A DNA stretch of 64,000 bases from an uncultured bacterium (GCA_937952215.1 CALFZH010000008.1:34661-98660), one strand, 5' to 3'. Shown: positions 35,921-46,221, counted from the first letter of the stretch. Numbers and translations are program-made. Notes: generated by a model not told the origin, from the letters alone.

Positions 35921-37150
35921 ATGCCGATGACGCTCGATCGCCGTTCGTTCCTGCAGTTCGCGGGTGCGGTCCCGCTGTGGTGGGGACTGCGTGGTGGTGG
36001 GGCCCTCGCGCCGCTCGGCGACGATCGCACGCTGCTCGTGCTCGAACTGGCCGGCGGCAACGACGGACTCAACACGGTGATCCCCGTCGACGACGAACGC
36101 TACGCGCGCCTGCGGCCGAAGCTCTCGGTCGTGCGGAGCGGGGCGCATCGCCTCGTCGACGGCACGGCGCTGCACGGTGCGCTCGCGAAGGTGCACGGGC
36201 TGGTCACGGGCGGGCGCGCGACGGTGCTGCACGGCGTCGGCTATCCGCGGCCCGACCGTTCGCACTTCCGCAGCCGCGACATCTGGCACGTCGCGGACCC
36301 GGCGCACGTGCGCGTCACGGCCGCGACGACGGGGTGGCTCGGTCGGGCCGCGGACACGATCGCGCGCGAGTCCGCCGGCGTGCCGGCGGCGGCGGTGGGC
36401 GGGCTCGAGGTGCCGTTGCTGCTGAAGAGCGAACGCACCGCGGTGCCGAGTCTGCGCCGCGTCGAGGACTTCCAGTGGCTCTCGGCAACGGCGCGCGGAC
36501 CGGTCGGCTCGGCGTCGCCGACGCGCGCGGTGGTCGCGGCCGGCGAACGCGCGGGCGGCACGGGCGACGACCTGCGTGCGTTCGTCGCGGGAACCGCCTC
36601 GCGCGGCGTGGCGCTCGCCGACGACTTGTCGGCGGCGCTCGCACGCTACCGGCCGAAGGCGGACTACCCGGGCGGACAGCTCGGCAACGACCTGCGGCTC
36701 GCGGCGCAGCTCGTGGTGTCGGGCTTCGGCACGCGGCTCCTGCACCTGTCGTTCGGCGGCTTCGACACGCACGCGCGGCAGTTGCCGACGCACGCGGGGC
36801 TGCTCGCGCAGCTCGATGCAGCGTTGGCTGCGTTCGTCGCCGATCTCGACGGTCATGCCGCCGCTGAGCGGGTCGTCGTGCTCGTGCACAGCGAGTTCGG
36901 CCGGCGCGCCGCGGAGAACGCGAGCCAGGGCACCGACCACGGCGCTGCCGCTCCGGCGTTCGTGCTGCTCGGCGGGGCGCGCGGCGGCGTGCTCGGGCCG
37001 GTGCCGGACCTCGGCACGCTCGACGACGGCGATCCGATCGCGACCACGGACTTCCGTTCGGTCTATCGCGACCTGCTCACTTGGCTCGGCATCGACGCAG
37101 CTCGTGTGCTCGGCGGCGAGCACGTGTCGGCGGGACTGTGGGGGTCGTGA
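35921..37150 (+). CDS. DUF1501 family (sulfatase-fold) protein with TAT signal
   Basis: MPMTLDRRSFLQF, LAGGNDGLNTVIP, GYPRPDRSHFRSRDIW, FGGFDTHA, SEFGRR..EN.S.GTDHG. Confidence 0.88.
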   Translation: MPMTLDRRSFLQFAGAVPLWWGLRGGGALAPLGDDRTLLVLELAGGNDGLNTVIPVDDERYARLRPKLSVVRSGAHRLVDGTALHGALAKVHGLVTGGRATVLHGVGYPRPDRSHFRSRDIWHVADPAHVRVTAATTGWLGRAADTIARESAGVPAAAVGGLEVPLLLKSERTAVPSLRRVEDFQWLSATARGPVGSASPTRAVVAAGERAGGTGDDLRAFVAGTASRGVALADDLSAALARYRPKADYPGGQLGNDLRLAAQLVVSGFGTRLLHLSFGGFDTHARQLPTHAGLLAQLDAALAAFVADLDGHAAAERVVVLVHSEFGRRAAENASQGTDHGAAAPAFVLLGGARGGVLGPVPDLGTLDDGDPIATTDFRSVYRDLLTWLGIDAARVLGGEHVSAGLWGS

Positions 37151-38457
37151 CCAGGCCGCCGCGATCGTGGGTTGTGGTCACGACCGTCGCGCTTCTCGCG
37201 GCGGCTGCGGCGTGGTTGCTGTGGCCGCAGCCCGACCCCAAGCAGATGTCCGTCGCAGGACTCGTAGCGTGCGTGGCCCAGAGCACGCACGTGCGCGACG
37301 ATCTTGCCAGCCGGGCGAGCAGCGAACTCCACTCCCGACCCCGTGGCGAGGTGTTGGCGGCGCTCCGCGCGATGGTCGCGGATCCTGGTTGCGAGCATCG
37401 GGCCGCGGCGATCGGTCAAGTCGCCTGGCTGCTCGACCATCGCAAGGCGGCGGATGCCGAGCACGTTGCCTGCGAGGCGATGCTCGTCGCGGCGCTCGAC
37501 GACGCGTCGAGCGAGGTCCGGTTCGGGGCCCTGTTCGCGCTCGCCATGTGGCTCTCCGGGCACCCGTCCGCGGGCAGTGAAACCATGTTGCGGGCGATTC
37601 GACGCGCACTCGCCGAGCCGGATCCGTCTTCGATCTGGTGCGCGTCGCTCGCTGCGATGCACGCTGGCCCGCTGGCGTTGCCGCTGTTGGAGGATGTGTT
37701 GGCCCGCCTCGAGACCGAACCGAGCATGCGGTTCATGCTGGCCTGTGCGCTGGGCGGCATGGCTCCCGACGAGCCGCGGGTGATCGCGGTGCTCACGGCG
37801 CAGCTCGACGACGACGTAGCGAACGTGCGCTCCGCAGCGGCAGGCTGGCTCGCCAGTGGAACCCCCGGCAGCGTCGACGCCACCGTGCTCGAACGACTTT
37901 GCAGTCGGTTCGAACGCGACGACGAGTCGAACGACGTGCGCGCCGCGTGCCTCGAAGCGTTCGCCCACCACGTGGCCGGACCCGACGAAGCGGCGGCGTG
38001 CATCCCACTTGCGCTGGCTGCCGGTGCGTGGTTCGCCTTGGAGCACCGCTTCGTTGCGACGCTCGCGAACCTCGGACGCAAGGCGCCGCACGCGCCGGCG
38101 ACCGCGGCGTTGCTCGCCAGGTTGCGCGCGATGACCGACGGTGCCGAGTGGCGGTCCAAGACCGACGTGGCCTGCGCCCTGGCGCGCATCGCCGCCGCCG
38201 CCGGCGACCAGAAGACGCTCGACGAGCAGTTGGCGATCCTGCGTCAGGACCTCGCCGACCTCGAGACAATGGATGAGCTCGAGTTGTCGTTTGCTCCGAC
38301 GAGTCTGCCCGAGACGCTGGTCGAACTCGTGAACGCCGGTGCGGCGCCCGAGGTGCTCGAACCGCTGCGAGCTGTGCTGCGGCGGTTCGCTGCTGCCGAA
38401 CGCGGTTGGCAACGGCGCTGGGCCGAACGCCAGCTCGCCCTGCTGCCGCCGCAGTGA
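37147..38457 (+). CDS. Membrane-anchored HEAT/ARM-like repeat protein
   Basis: A GTG start overlaps the DUF1501 stop (GTGA). TM segment WVVVTTVALLAAAAAWLLW. HEAT-like segments recur (ALDDASSEVRFGALFAL, QLDDDVANVRSAAAGWL, ERDDESNDVRAACLEAF). Confidence 0.65.
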   Translation: MTRPPRSWVVVTTVALLAAAAAWLLWPQPDPKQMSVAGLVACVAQSTHVRDDLASRASSELHSRPRGEVLAALRAMVADPGCEHRAAAIGQVAWLLDHRKAADAEHVACEAMLVAALDDASSEVRFGALFALAMWLSGHPSAGSETMLRAIRRALAEPDPSSIWCASLAAMHAGPLALPLLEDVLARLETEPSMRFMLACALGGMAPDEPRVIAVLTAQLDDDVANVRSAAAGWLASGTPGSVDATVLERLCSRFERDDESNDVRAACLEAFAHHVAGPDEAAACIPLALAAGAWFALEHRFVATLANLGRKAPHAPATAALLARLRAMTDGAEWRSKTDVACALARIAAAAGDQKTLDEQLAILRQDLADLETMDELELSFAPTSLPETLVELVNAGAAPEVLEPLRAVLRRFAAAERGWQRRWAERQLALLPPQ

Positions 38458-38466
38458 CCGTTCGGG

Positions 38467-39393
38467 CTACGCGGTCTTCGGCTTCGCCGCCGCGAGCTTC
38501 GCCAGCACTTCCTCGGCCCACGGCCGCGGCGCCAGCGGGAAGCCCAGCCGCGCCCGGCTCTCCAGGTAACTCTGCGCCACCGCGCGCGCGAGGTTGCGGA
38601 TGCGGCCGATGTAGCCGGCGCGCTCCGTCACGCTGATCGCGCCGCGCGCATCCAGCAGGTTGAACGTGTGCGCCGCCTTCAGCAGCTGCTCGTACGCCGG
38701 CAGCGCGAGCTGCTGCGTCATCAGGTGCTGCGACTGCTTCTCGTGCGCGGCGAATGCCGACAGCAGGAACGCCACGTCGCTGTGTTCGAAGTTGTAGGCG
38801 CTCTGCTCGACCTCGTTCTGGTGGAACACGTCGCCGTACTTCACCCCGTCGGCATAGACGAGGTCGAACACGTTCGGCACGCCCTGCAGGTACATGCACA
38901 GCCGTTCGAGTCCGTAGGTGATCTCGCCGGTGATCGGCCGGCAGTCGATGCCGCCGACCTGCTGGAAGTAGGTGAACTGCGTCACCTCCATGCCATTGAG
39001 CCACACTTCCCAGCCGAGTCCCCAGCAGCCGAGCGTCGGGTTCTCCCAGTCGTCCTCGACGAAGCGCACGTCGTTCTGCTGCAGGTCGAAGCCGACCGCG
39101 CGCAGCGAGCCGAGGTAGAGGTCGAGGATGTTCGCGGGTGCTGGCTTCAGCACGACCTGGAACTGGTAGTAGTGCTGCAGGCGATTGGGATTGTCGCCGT
39201 AGCGACCGTCCTTCGGCCGGCGGCTCGGCTGCACGTAGGCGGCCTTCCACGGCTCGGGGCCGATCGCGCGCAGGAACGTCGCGGTGTGGCTGGTGCCGGC
39301 ACCGACCTCCATGTCGTAGGGCTGCAGCAGCGTGCAGCCCTGCTGGTCCCAGTAGGCCTGCAGGCGGAGGATGAGTTGCTGGAACGTCAGCAT
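38467..39393 (-). CDS. glyQ: Glycine--tRNA ligase alpha subunit
   Basis: [70 protein letters not shown]; full length, 308 aa. Confidence 0.97.
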   Translation of the reverse strand: MLTFQQLILRLQAYWDQQGCTLLQPYDMEVGAGTSHTATFLRAIGPEPWKAAYVQPSRRPKDGRYGDNPNRLQHYYQFQVVLKPAPANILDLYLGSLRAVGFDLQQNDVRFVEDDWENPTLGCWGLGWEVWLNGMEVTQFTYFQQVGGIDCRPITGEITYGLERLCMYLQGVPNVFDLVYADGVKYGDVFHQNEVEQSAYNFEHSDVAFLLSAFAAHEKQSQHLMTQQLALPAYEQLLKAAHTFNLLDARGAISVTERAGYIGRIRNLARAVAQSYLESRARLGFPLAPRPWAEEVLAKLAAAKPKTA

Positions 39394-39505
39394 CGGCGCG
39401 CGGCGATCCTACGGCGCGTCGACGGAGGCGCCAGTTCTCGGCGGGGGCAACGCCGCGGGTGGTTGCGGCGCGCGCTGCGCCGCCTGGGCGCGACCGGGAG
39501 CCGCC

Positions 39506-39865
39506 TCAGTCGCGTGCGAACCACGCCCGCACGCTGCGCGCGCGCAACCAGAACCAGAGCATCGCGGCATGGACGATGAACTTGCCGGCGAGCGAGGCGT
39601 AGTCGCTCCCGTCGACGCGGCCGAGCGCATGCAGGATCGCGAACACCGTGGCCGCGCCGGTCGCGAACGCGTGGGCGACCACGGCGAGCCAGCGCGCCGC
39701 GCGCACGCGCGCAACGATGCCGAGCGCGATCCCCCAGGCGACGCCGGCGATCGTCAGCATCGCCCAAGCGGGCAGCGGTGGTTCCCCGGCCAGGGTCCAG
39801 CCGACGAAGGCGCCGCCGAACAGCAGGTAGAGCCCGCTGAACACCGTGAGGATGGTGGGGCGCAT
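39506..39865 (-). CDS. Small integral membrane protein (4 TM), hypothetical
   Basis: The ORF is a hydrophobic 119 aa and lies upstream of glyQ on the same strand. Confidence 0.5.
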   Translation of the reverse strand: MRPTILTVFSGLYLLFGGAFVGWTLAGEPPLPAWAMLTIAGVAWGIALGIVARVRAARWLAVVAHAFATGAATVFAILHALGRVDGSDYASLAGKFIVHAAMLWFWLRARSVRAWFARD

Positions 39866-39933
39866 TCGCTGGCGAACATAGCTGCCGCGGTGCTGGAACG
39901 CGGGCGACGACGGTGCGTATTGCCGCCCCCTCG

Positions 39934-40332
39934 ATGACGCACCGCCCCCGACATGCGCGCCGTTCGTGGCTCGCCCGCCATCACGAGTGGATCGCGCTCG
40001 TCGTGGTGATCGTCCCGCTTCTGCACTGCGCCTGGTCGCCGCCGAAGTCCTGAATCGAGGACGAACTGCTCACTGCCCGGGCGGCAGATGACGTGCGAAC
40101 GCTGGCGGCGGCAGCGCGTGAGTACCGCGAGTGGCACGGCGTCTGGCCGGCCCACGGCGACCTGCGGACCTTGGCGCCGACGCTGCGTGACGTGGACCAA
40201 TGGGGGCGGGCGTTCCGCTGCACCGTGGTTGCGGGCGGGCTCGAAGTCCGTTCGGCCGGCGTCGACGGGGTCTTCGCCACCGCTGACGATGTCGTGTTCC
40301 AGGCCAGCGATCCTCAACAAGCCGCCGGTTGA
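39934..40332 (+). pseudogene. GspG/pseudopilin-like protein interrupted by an in-frame TGA (40051-40053)
   Basis: My translation: MTHRPRHARRSWLARHHEWIALVVVIVPLLHCAWSPPKS-[TGA]-IEDELLTARAADDVRTLAAAAREYREWHGVWP...DQWGRAFRCTVVAGGLEVRSAGVDGVFATADDVVF. This is a TM helix followed by the GspG-like pattern A..D...L..A...Y....G.(Y/W)P ... D.WG..(Y/F) ... S.G.DG...T.DD. There is no canonical prepilin G-F-T-L-x-E site. Confidence 0.4.
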
Positions 40333-40442
40333 GGGCGAGGCCGGTTGCCCGACCTGTCGTCCACCGGGTAGGTTTCCCGCGCCCCGTCGGACCGACAGCG
40401 GTCCGGCGCCCCGTCCCTAGCCCTCGACCCAGAGGTACTTCC

Positions 40443-43076
40443 GTGCGACTTTCCCTCGTTTCCATCGGTGCGGCCGTCGGTGTGGCTGCGATTCTCGCGC
40501 CGCACGCTCGCGCACAGCATTGGGTGAACTACGTCGATGCGACGAGCACCCGCCTCTCCGCGCCATCCGCCCTCACCGATCCCGACGAGAAGGACTACGC
40601 GTACGGGGACTTCGACAAGGACGGCGACCTGGACCTGGTCTGCGTGCGCAAGCAGCCGTGGATCACCACGGGCCACCGCAGCAACATGCTGCTGATGAAC
40701 GAGAACGGCGTGCTGGTCGATCGCACGTCGCTCTACGGCACCCACACGTCGGTTGCCGGCAGCCAGGGCATGCTCGACCTGACGAACGACCGCGATGTGT
40801 GCGTGGTCGACGTGAACGGCGACACGTGGCCGGACCTGGTCACTGCGACGACGCTCACGCACGGGCAGCCCGACTACATCCGCCGGCCGCGCATCTACAT
40901 CAACCGTGGCAGCTCCGGCGGCAACTGGCTCGGCTTCACGTTCGACGACCACACGCGCATCCTCGACAACGTCGCCCAGAACGGCAATTCGTCGTGGAAC
41001 GGTGAACACCGGTTCTGCACGGTGTCGGCCGGCGACATCGACGGCGACGGCGATCAGGACCTGTACTTCGGCGACTACGAAGACGGCCCCAGCCGCTCGG
41101 TCGACGTCAACGACCGGTTGCTGATCAACAACGGCCTCGGCTACTTCGTCGACGACTCCGTGGCGCGCATGACCGCAGCGATGCTGCAGTCGGAGTTCGC
41201 GATGGCCTCGGCGATCATCGACATGAACCAGGATGGGCTCCTCGACATCATCAAGGACACCGCCCTCGTCGCGCCGCAGCGCGTGCAGATCTCCTACAAC
41301 AACCCGGCGGCCGTCGGCACCTTCAACATCCTGCAGCAGGCCTACGGCAACACGCCCTACCACTTCTCCGTCGGCGACCTCAACAACGACAACCTGCCGG
41401 ACCTGATCTTCAGTGACGACGGTGCCGACCGCTACAAGTTCATGACCGGCGTGTCGGGCGGCCAGGCGACGTTCTCGCCCGACTTCGCGTTCTCGTACAC
41501 CGCACCCGACGGCGACGACGGCTTCGCGGGCAACAACTACATCGTCGACCTCGACAACGACGGCTTCCGTGACGTCGTCATCTGTGACGTCGACGTGCAG
41601 ATCAGCGGCTGCGACCGCCGCACCCGCATCTACCGCAACCTCGGCAACGTGCCGAATGTGACGCTGCAGGACCAGATCGTCGGCGGCGCCTCGGCGAGCA
41701 TCCCGCTGGCGGATCTCCGGGGCGTTCACGACATCGCCATCTTCGACATCAACGGCGACGGCTGGAAGGACATGGTCATCGGCCGGTGCACGGGCACCAA
41801 GGTGTGGATGTGCGTGCCGCCGCCCACGCTGACGCTCACGTACCCTGGTGGTGTGCCGACGACGGTGGCGGTGGGCGCCGCCCAGACGCTCGACGTCACG
41901 GTGGCCGGCACGGGCTCGTTCGTGCCGCAGGCGGGGACCGGCAAGCTGTTCGCTTCGGTGAACGGCGGCTCCTTCGTGATGTCGTCGATGACCGACATCG
42001 GCCCGGGCCAGTACCGCGCGACGTTGCCGGTCCTGAACTGCCTCGACAACGTGCGCTTCTACGTGCGCGTCGACGACCAGTTCGGCACTGCGAACTTCGG
42101 CCCGACGGCGGCGCCGACGACCACGCACCTGGCCTACGGTGCGGCCGGCATGTCGACGCTCTACGCCGACGGCTTCGAAGGCTCGGTGCTCGGGTGGACG
42201 GTGACGAACACCACGCTGACTGCCGGCGCGTGGCAAGTGGCAGCGCCGATCGCGACGTTCGCCAGCGGCATTCCATCGGCGCCGGGTGAAGACGGCGAGC
42301 CGGGCACGACGACGACCAAGTGCTGGGTGACGCAGAACGGCGTCGCCGGCGGCGCGGCGTCCGCGTCGGACGTCGATGGCGGCCCGACCGACCTCGTGTC
42401 GCCGGTGCTCGACTTCGCGGGCACGGACGGCTTGATCAGCTACCGGCGCTGGTTCTTCTGCTCGAACTTCAACGACAACCTCACGGTGTCGGTCTCCAAC
42501 AACGGCGGCTCGACCTGGACCACCGTCGAAACGGTGACGCATGCCACCGCCGCGCCGACCAACCAGTGGACCTCGCGGCAGTTCCGCGTCGGCGCCTACG
42601 TGACGCCGACCGCGAACGTGCGGGTCCGCTTCCGCACCTCGGACAACCCCAACGACTCGACGACCGAGGCGGCGTTCGACGCGTTCAAGGCCGAGGCGTT
42701 CAGTTGCGCGCCGTGCCAGCAGGTGATCCCGCTGGCGACGAACGGCAACGCGACGATGTCCGTGTGCGGCGGCAACCCGGCCGTGCCGGGGGCGTTCCTC
42801 ACGGTGAAGGTCGCTTCGCTGCCGAGCCTCGCGATCGCCTACGTCGTGTACGACTTGCCGCTGATCCCGACGCCCTGGCAGGGCGGCACCCTCGTGTCGC
42901 CCGCGCCGATCCTGTTCGGCGAGATCATGGCCGATGCCAGCGGCACCTGGGCGCTGCCGGCACCGCTCGGTGGCCTGGTGCCGCCGGGGATCGCGCTGCA
43001 CACGCAGACGGTCTACCTGCAGATCGGACTGCCCAACAACATCGGGCAGACGAACGTGGTCAAGGTCCAGTGGTGA
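40443..43076 (+). CDS. Secreted FG-GAP/VCBS-repeat beta-propeller protein with the shared C-terminal module
   Basis: GTG start with signal peptide VRLSLVSIGAAVGVAAILAPHARAQ. Repeats: GDFDKDGDLDLV, VDVNGDTWPDLV, GDIDGDGDQDLY, IDMNQDGLLDII, GDLNNDNLPDLI, VDLDNDGFRDVV, FDINGDGWKDMV. Confidence 0.88.
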   Translation: MRLSLVSIGAAVGVAAILAPHARAQHWVNYVDATSTRLSAPSALTDPDEKDYAYGDFDKDGDLDLVCVRKQPWITTGHRSNMLLMNENGVLVDRTSLYGTHTSVAGSQGMLDLTNDRDVCVVDVNGDTWPDLVTATTLTHGQPDYIRRPRIYINRGSSGGNWLGFTFDDHTRILDNVAQNGNSSWNGEHRFCTVSAGDIDGDGDQDLYFGDYEDGPSRSVDVNDRLLINNGLGYFVDDSVARMTAAMLQSEFAMASAIIDMNQDGLLDIIKDTALVAPQRVQISYNNPAAVGTFNILQQAYGNTPYHFSVGDLNNDNLPDLIFSDDGADRYKFMTGVSGGQATFSPDFAFSYTAPDGDDGFAGNNYIVDLDNDGFRDVVICDVDVQISGCDRRTRIYRNLGNVPNVTLQDQIVGGASASIPLADLRGVHDIAIFDINGDGWKDMVIGRCTGTKVWMCVPPPTLTLTYPGGVPTTVAVGAAQTLDVTVAGTGSFVPQAGTGKLFASVNGGSFVMSSMTDIGPGQYRATLPVLNCLDNVRFYVRVDDQFGTANFGPTAAPTTTHLAYGAAGMSTLYADGFEGSVLGWTVTNTTLTAGAWQVAAPIATFASGIPSAPGEDGEPGTTTTKCWVTQNGVAGGAASASDVDGGPTDLVSPVLDFAGTDGLISYRRWFFCSNFNDNLTVSVSNNGGSTWTTVETVTHATAAPTNQWTSRQFRVGAYVTPTANVRVRFRTSDNPNDSTTEAAFDAFKAEAFSCAPCQQVIPLATNGNATMSVCGGNPAVPGAFLTVKVASLPSLAIAYVVYDLPLIPTPWQGGTLVSPAPILFGEIMADASGTWALPAPLGGLVPPGIALHTQTVYLQIGLPNNIGQTNVVKVQW

Positions 43077-43125
43077 GCCGTACCGGCTGACCGATCGGCG
43101 CGCCGAAAGCAGCCGTTCGACACGA

Positions 43126-43166
43126 CCCGGGCGACGCGATGGCGTCCCCCGGGTTGTGTTGTTTTC
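43126..43166 (+). terminator. Rho-independent terminator after the FG-GAP gene
   Basis: CCCGGGCGACGC-GATG-GCGTCCCCCGGG forms a 12-position stem with one mismatch, followed by TTGTGTTGTTTTC. Confidence 0.7.
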
Positions 43167-43226
43167 GTGCTAGACTCGAACGACCCTCGCGGTTCTTGCC
43201 CGCCGCGCCATCCGGGTTTGCACCTC

Positions 43227-45074
43227 ATGCGTTCCTCTCGCTCCTTCGTGTTCATCGTCGCCGCGACGGCGTCGACGCTCGCCGCCCAGAGTCCACAGCC
43301 GAAGATGGGTGCGCCGCTGAACGGCCTCACCGCCGGACAGCTGCAGCGCTTCCAAGCCGGTCGCGTCGACTTCACGCACGTCTTCCAGGCGTCGCAGGGC
43401 CTCGGCCCGATCTTCAACCAGACGAGTTGCGGCTCGTGCCACAACAACCCGGTCGGCGGCCCGGGCGGCCAGTTCGTGACGCGCTTCGGCTACACGGACG
43501 GCAAGGGCAACTTCGATCCGCTGACGGCCCTCGGCGGCTCGCTGCTGCAAGCGAACGCGATCAACCTCGCCTGCCAGGAATTCGTGCCTGCCATCGCCAA
43601 TACGACGGCGCAACGCATCACGACGTCGGCGCTCGGCATGGGACTCATCGAGGCCATCGCCGATGCCGCGATCGCGGCGCGCGAGACCTCGCCGCCGAGT
43701 CCGAACGTCAGCGGACGCGTGCACTGGGTGCAGCCGCTCGAGACGCCGGCGGGTCCGTTGCGCGCTGGCCGGTTTGGCTGGAAGGCGCAGGTGGCGACGA
43801 CGCTGACGTTCTCCGGCGACGCGGCGCAGAACGAACTGGGCTTCAGCAACCGCCTGGTGCCGTTCGACAACGCCCCGAACGGCAATCTGGTGTTGCTGGC
43901 GCAGTGGGACAGTGTGCCGGACCCCGAAGACGGTCCGGACGCACAGGGCAACCACTTCATCGACCGCGTCACCGACTTCCAGCGCTTCCTCGCCGCGCCG
44001 CCGCAGACGCCGCGCAGCGGCATGACCGGCGCGACGATCTTCCAGAACGTGGGGTGCGCCGACTGCCACACCGTGTCGTTCACGACCAGCAACGACCCGT
44101 CGCTCGAGGCCGCGATCCGCAACAAGGTGATCCGGCCGTACTCCGACTTCCTGGTCCACGACATGGGCATCGCCGCCGACTTCATCGTGCAGGGCGACGT
44201 GAACGGCCAGGAGCTGCGCACGCCGCCGTTGTGGGGCGTGCGCAAGCGCGACCCGCTGTGGCACGACGGCCGCATCGTCGGCGGCACGCTGCAGTCGCGC
44301 GTGCTCGGACCGGGCGGCGTGATCGATCAGCACGCGGCGTTCGGCAGTGAGGCCTTGCCGTCGGCGACGGCGTTCCAGGCGCTGTCCCCGGCCGACCAGC
44401 TCAAGGTCGTCGCGTTCCTCGATTCGCTCGGCCGGCGCGAGTTCGACGCCAACGGTGACGACGTGCTCGACCAGACCGACCTCGCCGCGTTCCTGGCTGC
44501 GCGCGGCGGCGCCTACGGGCCCGACACGCCGCAAGCAGTGTTCGACTTCGACCAGAACGGCTGGGTCGACAACCAGGACCTCGCCGCGTTCGCCCAGGTC
44601 TACGAGGTCGACTGCAACAACAACGGCACCAACGACCTGCAGGACGTGCTGAGCGGTTTCTCCGCCGACGCCAACGAGAACTACCGGCCCGACGAGTGCG
44701 AGTTCTGCCAGCCGAACCTCGGCTTCGCCGGTGCTGGCACGCTGGCCCTGAAGGTCTGCGGTGACCCGGTGGTGACGACGGGCGCCCGCGCGACCTTCGA
44801 AGTGACGGGCGGCCAACCGGACGGACCGCTGGTCGTCGCCATCGGCTTCGCGTCGAATCCGTACCTGATCACGCCGACCGAGTACCTGGTGCCGCTCGAG
44901 CCGCTGGCCGCCGTGGTCGACACGTTCCTGCTCGACGGAACGGGGAAGAAGCGCGCCGTCATCCAGTCCGGCCCGTTCGGGCCGCCGATGACCTTCGTGC
45001 TCCAGGCAGCGACGTTCAGCGGAACCGTGTGGGACCTCTCCAACGCGGTGGAGATCCTCTTCACCCACTGGTGA
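43227..45074 (+). CDS. Di-heme oxidoreductase/peroxidase-like protein (DUF1111 family) with an EF-hand/dockerin-like segment and the shared C-terminal module
   Basis: Signal peptide. Heme motifs are SCGSCHNNP and GCADCHT. Other motifs: GRFGWKAQ and LRTPPLWGV. DANGDDVLDQTD and DQNGWVDNQD are Ca-binding-like loops. Confidence 0.85.
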   Translation: MRSSRSFVFIVAATASTLAAQSPQPKMGAPLNGLTAGQLQRFQAGRVDFTHVFQASQGLGPIFNQTSCGSCHNNPVGGPGGQFVTRFGYTDGKGNFDPLTALGGSLLQANAINLACQEFVPAIANTTAQRITTSALGMGLIEAIADAAIAARETSPPSPNVSGRVHWVQPLETPAGPLRAGRFGWKAQVATTLTFSGDAAQNELGFSNRLVPFDNAPNGNLVLLAQWDSVPDPEDGPDAQGNHFIDRVTDFQRFLAAPPQTPRSGMTGATIFQNVGCADCHTVSFTTSNDPSLEAAIRNKVIRPYSDFLVHDMGIAADFIVQGDVNGQELRTPPLWGVRKRDPLWHDGRIVGGTLQSRVLGPGGVIDQHAAFGSEALPSATAFQALSPADQLKVVAFLDSLGRREFDANGDDVLDQTDLAAFLAARGGAYGPDTPQAVFDFDQNGWVDNQDLAAFAQVYEVDCNNNGTNDLQDVLSGFSADANENYRPDECEFCQPNLGFAGAGTLALKVCGDPVVTTGARATFEVTGGQPDGPLVVAIGFASNPYLITPTEYLVPLEPLAAVVDTFLLDGTGKKRAVIQSGPFGPPMTFVLQAATFSGTVWDLSNAVEILFTHW

Positions 45075-45102
45075 GGAACGCCGTCGCGGCGGGTGCGCGT
45101 TC

Positions 45103-46221
45103 TCAGCGCCCGCCGCGCAGCGCGGCCGCGACCTCGACGGCGACCCACGCGTTGCCCTCGGGCGTCATGTGGCCGCGGAACCAGCGCCGCTGCAAGGAAG
45201 CGTCGGCAGCAGAGCGTTCCTGGAACTGCGTCGCCAGGTCGAGCGTGGCGATGCCGTGCGCGCTGGCGAAGCGCAGCACCTCGACCGCCGAGGGCTCGGG
45301 ATCGGGGCCTTGCAGCACGACGAGCAGGCGCGCGCCAGCGTCGCGGCATTTCGCGGCGAGTCGCGTGAGCAGTCGTTTGCCGATCTCGGGGCCGCGGCCG
45401 ACGAGCGAGGGCACGGCGACCTGCTTCTCGTTCTCGAACCACCAGGTGCGAACGGTGTTGGCCAGCACGGCGTCGACCAGCGCGCTGTGGCCGAGCAGGT
45501 CCTTCCACGCCTTGCCGGCGTCGGCGGAAGCCTCGGCGTGGTCGATCGGCACTCCGCGCAGCACCAGCCCGTCGCCCTCGAAGTCGAACCACGGCACCGG
45601 CGTGTAGCGGCGGCGGAACTCGCACCGCACCAGATCGTCCGGGATGAAGCTGACGACCACCGCCTCGACGCGTCGGCGCTGCAGCGAGTCCTCGGCGCGC
45701 AGCACAGCCTGCGCGAGGCTGTAGCCGAACACGCCGCCGTTGACGACGCGCTGCTGCAGGATGCGTTCGAGACGGGCCGGCCAGGTCGCGTCGTCGTCGA
45801 CCTCGTCGCCGAACGTGAACGAGTCGCCGACCGCCACGATCGCCGCGTCGCCAGGCGGCGGCGGGCCGTCGCCGTTCTTGCGCATGCCGTCGGCGTCGAT
45901 CGACACGCGGGTGCCCCAGTGGTTGTCGGTGCTCGCGAAGTTCGGCCGCGGCGAGTAGCCGAGCACGGGGTGCAGTTCGGCCGGGTAGTTGCGCCGCATC
46001 ATGTCGGTGCGCAGCTCGCGGAAGCTGCCGAAGTGCAGCGGCGCGCGCACTGCCCGGATCGCCAGTTCGGCGACCAGCAGCAGTGCGGCGCGGGGGCTAG
46101 CGCGAACAGCAGGCGCCGGCGGCGGGGCGGCATCGCCGCAGCATGCCGGCGGCGCGGGCGTCCGGCCATGTCGGCCTGCCGTGGGCAGTCCGCCGAGTCG
46201 CGTCCTCGTCGGCGCTGCCAT
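45103..46221 (-). CDS. SGNH/GDSL-family hydrolase, membrane-anchored
   Basis: IVAVGDSFTFGDEV is the GDS block, followed by VNGGVFGYS. N-terminal hydrophobic segment is AALLLVAELAI. An alternative start is at 46002 (MMRRNYP). Confidence 0.7.
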   Translation of the reverse strand: MAAPTRTRLGGLPTAGRHGRTPAPPACCGDAAPPPAPAVRASPRAALLLVAELAIRAVRAPLHFGSFRELRTDMMRRNYPAELHPVLGYSPRPNFASTDNHWGTRVSIDADGMRKNGDGPPPPGDAAIVAVGDSFTFGDEVDDDATWPARLERILQQRVVNGGVFGYSLAQAVLRAEDSLQRRRVEAVVVSFIPDDLVRCEFRRRYTPVPWFDFEGDGLVLRGVPIDHAEASADAGKAWKDLLGHSALVDAVLANTVRTWWFENEKQVAVPSLVGRGPEIGKRLLTRLAAKCRDAGARLLVVLQGPDPEPSAVEVLRFASAHGIATLDLATQFQERSAADASLQRRWFRGHMTPEGNAWVAVEVAAALRGGR

